Shown here one piece after another: positions 62,929-64,000 of a DNA stretch of 64,000 bases. Positions within the stretch are counted from its first letter, which is position 1; each line of letters starts with the position of its first letter. The stretch is taken from the NCBI GenBank assembly GCA_023920165.1, contig CP089277.1, positions 2,418,001 through 2,482,000 of the forward strand, read 5' to 3'. The DNA comes from Curvularia clavata. Taxonomy: Eukaryota. The notes beneath the pieces are model-generated. The model did not search any database. It saw nothing but the letters and a program-made list of their open reading frames with translations, and was not told where the DNA came from. The translations under genes and the position numbers were made by a program.

Positions 62929-64000
62929 CTAAGCCTTGAGTCCAATCTCATCAGCAGTGAGGATGAACTCCATGAAACCAGCGTTAGTGTCAATGATGTT
63001 CTGGATGAATTCTTCGGCAGTAGGATAGAAGTTGGTGGCGTAACCGAATTCCATGGTGTATCCGTAGACCTTGGTGAGCTTCTTGTTTCCATGCCAGCGG
63101 CTGAAAGACCAATCGTCGCTAGCACCTGATGTAGGGTACAGACCGACGGCTTGCTGAGGAACATATTCACGACCGCCGACCGCCATCATTGCGTCAGTGG
63201 TGCGGTTTGCAGCAATGCGGATGTTGTCCCAGTCTTCCTGGCAGATGTACTCCTTGTATACCTCATCTTCGACGTTACCACGCTTGCCATCGTAAGCAGT
63301 GTTGAACAGATTCTGCTTAGGGTCGTGGGACTGGTCAATATCATCGCCCCAAGAGTAAAGGAGTGTTCCTGCAGCAGAGTGCACGTCGATATACCAGTGG
63401 ATGTTGGGAAACTCGTCGTACACCCAGGCCATATCCTGGGTCTCAGGCTCGGAGAACGGCGCTGTGCCGTAGAAAGCCTGGGAGGCTGGGTTGGTGGAGG
63501 CTGGGGAAACGGATGGGTCAAACTTCTCGGTGAAATTCCAGAGGAAGTCGAAGTTTCTGTTGAGATCTACACCGACACTCAAGGGCTCGTTGGGTCGGGC
63601 CGACGCTGGATTTCGGTTCTTCCGCCATAGATTGCTGTTGGCCTGGTCATGCCTGACACCGTCGGGGTTCAGCATAGGGATGAAAACAACACCAGCGCCA
63701 AGAGCCTTCTTGACCTGGCTGTTGGTATATGTCTTGTTGCCGTATGTCAAACCGATGCGGTGCTTGTTTGCGTACAACAGATCGGAGATGAAGTAAATCA
63801 AGTTGTCCGGTCCTCCGCGTTCACGAGCGTGAATGCCGCTTGTGAAGTAAATGTACTGCTTGTCCTTCTTGATCTTCTCAGCCTTGTTCGCAACACCGCC
63901 AATGATGGTGTTGCCCTCGAATGTCTTGTGTGGCGTGGTGAAGAGGGTCATGCCATACTCCTTCTCCAAGCCCTTCATGGCGGTGTAGACCTCATCAGCG
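62929..64000 (-). CDS. Zinc metallocarboxypeptidase, family M14 (5' part outside window)
   Basis: GIHARE, NPDG, WRKNR, GVDLNRNF, PFSEPET, DVHS and GASDDW motifs; catalytic Glu in YTMEF. Confidence 0.92.
   Translation of the reverse strand, partial: ADEVYTAMKGLEKEYGMTLFTTPHKTFEGNTIIGGVANKAEKIKKDKQYIYFTSGIHARERGGPDNLIYFISDLLYANKHRIGLTYGNKTYTNSQVKKALGAGVVFIPMLNPDGVRHDQANSNLWRKNRNPASARPNEPLSVGVDLNRNFDFLWNFTEKFDPSVSPASTNPASQAFYGTAPFSEPETQDMAWVYDEFPNIHWYIDVHSAAGTLLYSWGDDIDQSHDPKQNLFNTAYDGKRGNVEDEVYKEYICQEDWDNIRIAANRTTDAMMAVGGREYVPQQAVGLYPTSGASDDWSFSRWHGNKKLTKVYGYTMEFGYATNFYPTAEEFIQNIIDTNAGFMEFILTADEIGLKA

Overview
Gene-dense, intron-containing DNA from a filamentous ascomycete (GT-AG introns with CTRAC branch points; probably Dothideomycetes/Pleosporales, which is an inference). 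Housekeeping genes: SPT6 (3' part), ARP1 centractin, DTD1, NOT3/NOT5, an IFRD-domain protein, CPR6 cyclophilin-40, a BUD2-like RasGAP, ICL1 and PRS5. Accessory-type genes: a TDP2-like EEP phosphodiesterase, a hemerythrin-like protein, a small secreted Cys-rich protein, a lipocalin, a 4-TM protein with QQW octarepeats, an ABCB/MDR transporter, an alpha-dioxygenase-type heme enzyme, a DUF1365 protein, a HET-domain protein and an M14 carboxypeptidase (partial). An intact 1842-bp Fot1/pogo DNA transposon (59-bp TIRs, TA target duplication) lies about 1.24 kb upstream of the MDR start codon. A four-exon C2H2 zinc-finger gene not represented as a unit in the ORF track was reconstructed by hand. The best leads are: the alpha-DOX + DUF1365 (UfaO-like) + ICL neighbourhood as a possible fatty-acid modification locus; the transposon in the MDR promoter; in-frame alternative donors right after the DTD1 Gly-cisPro motif; and a possible frameshift-dependent small ORF at 3048-3183. 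No tRNA, rRNA or CRISPR was recognised. All splice models were read by eye and need RNA-seq confirmation.
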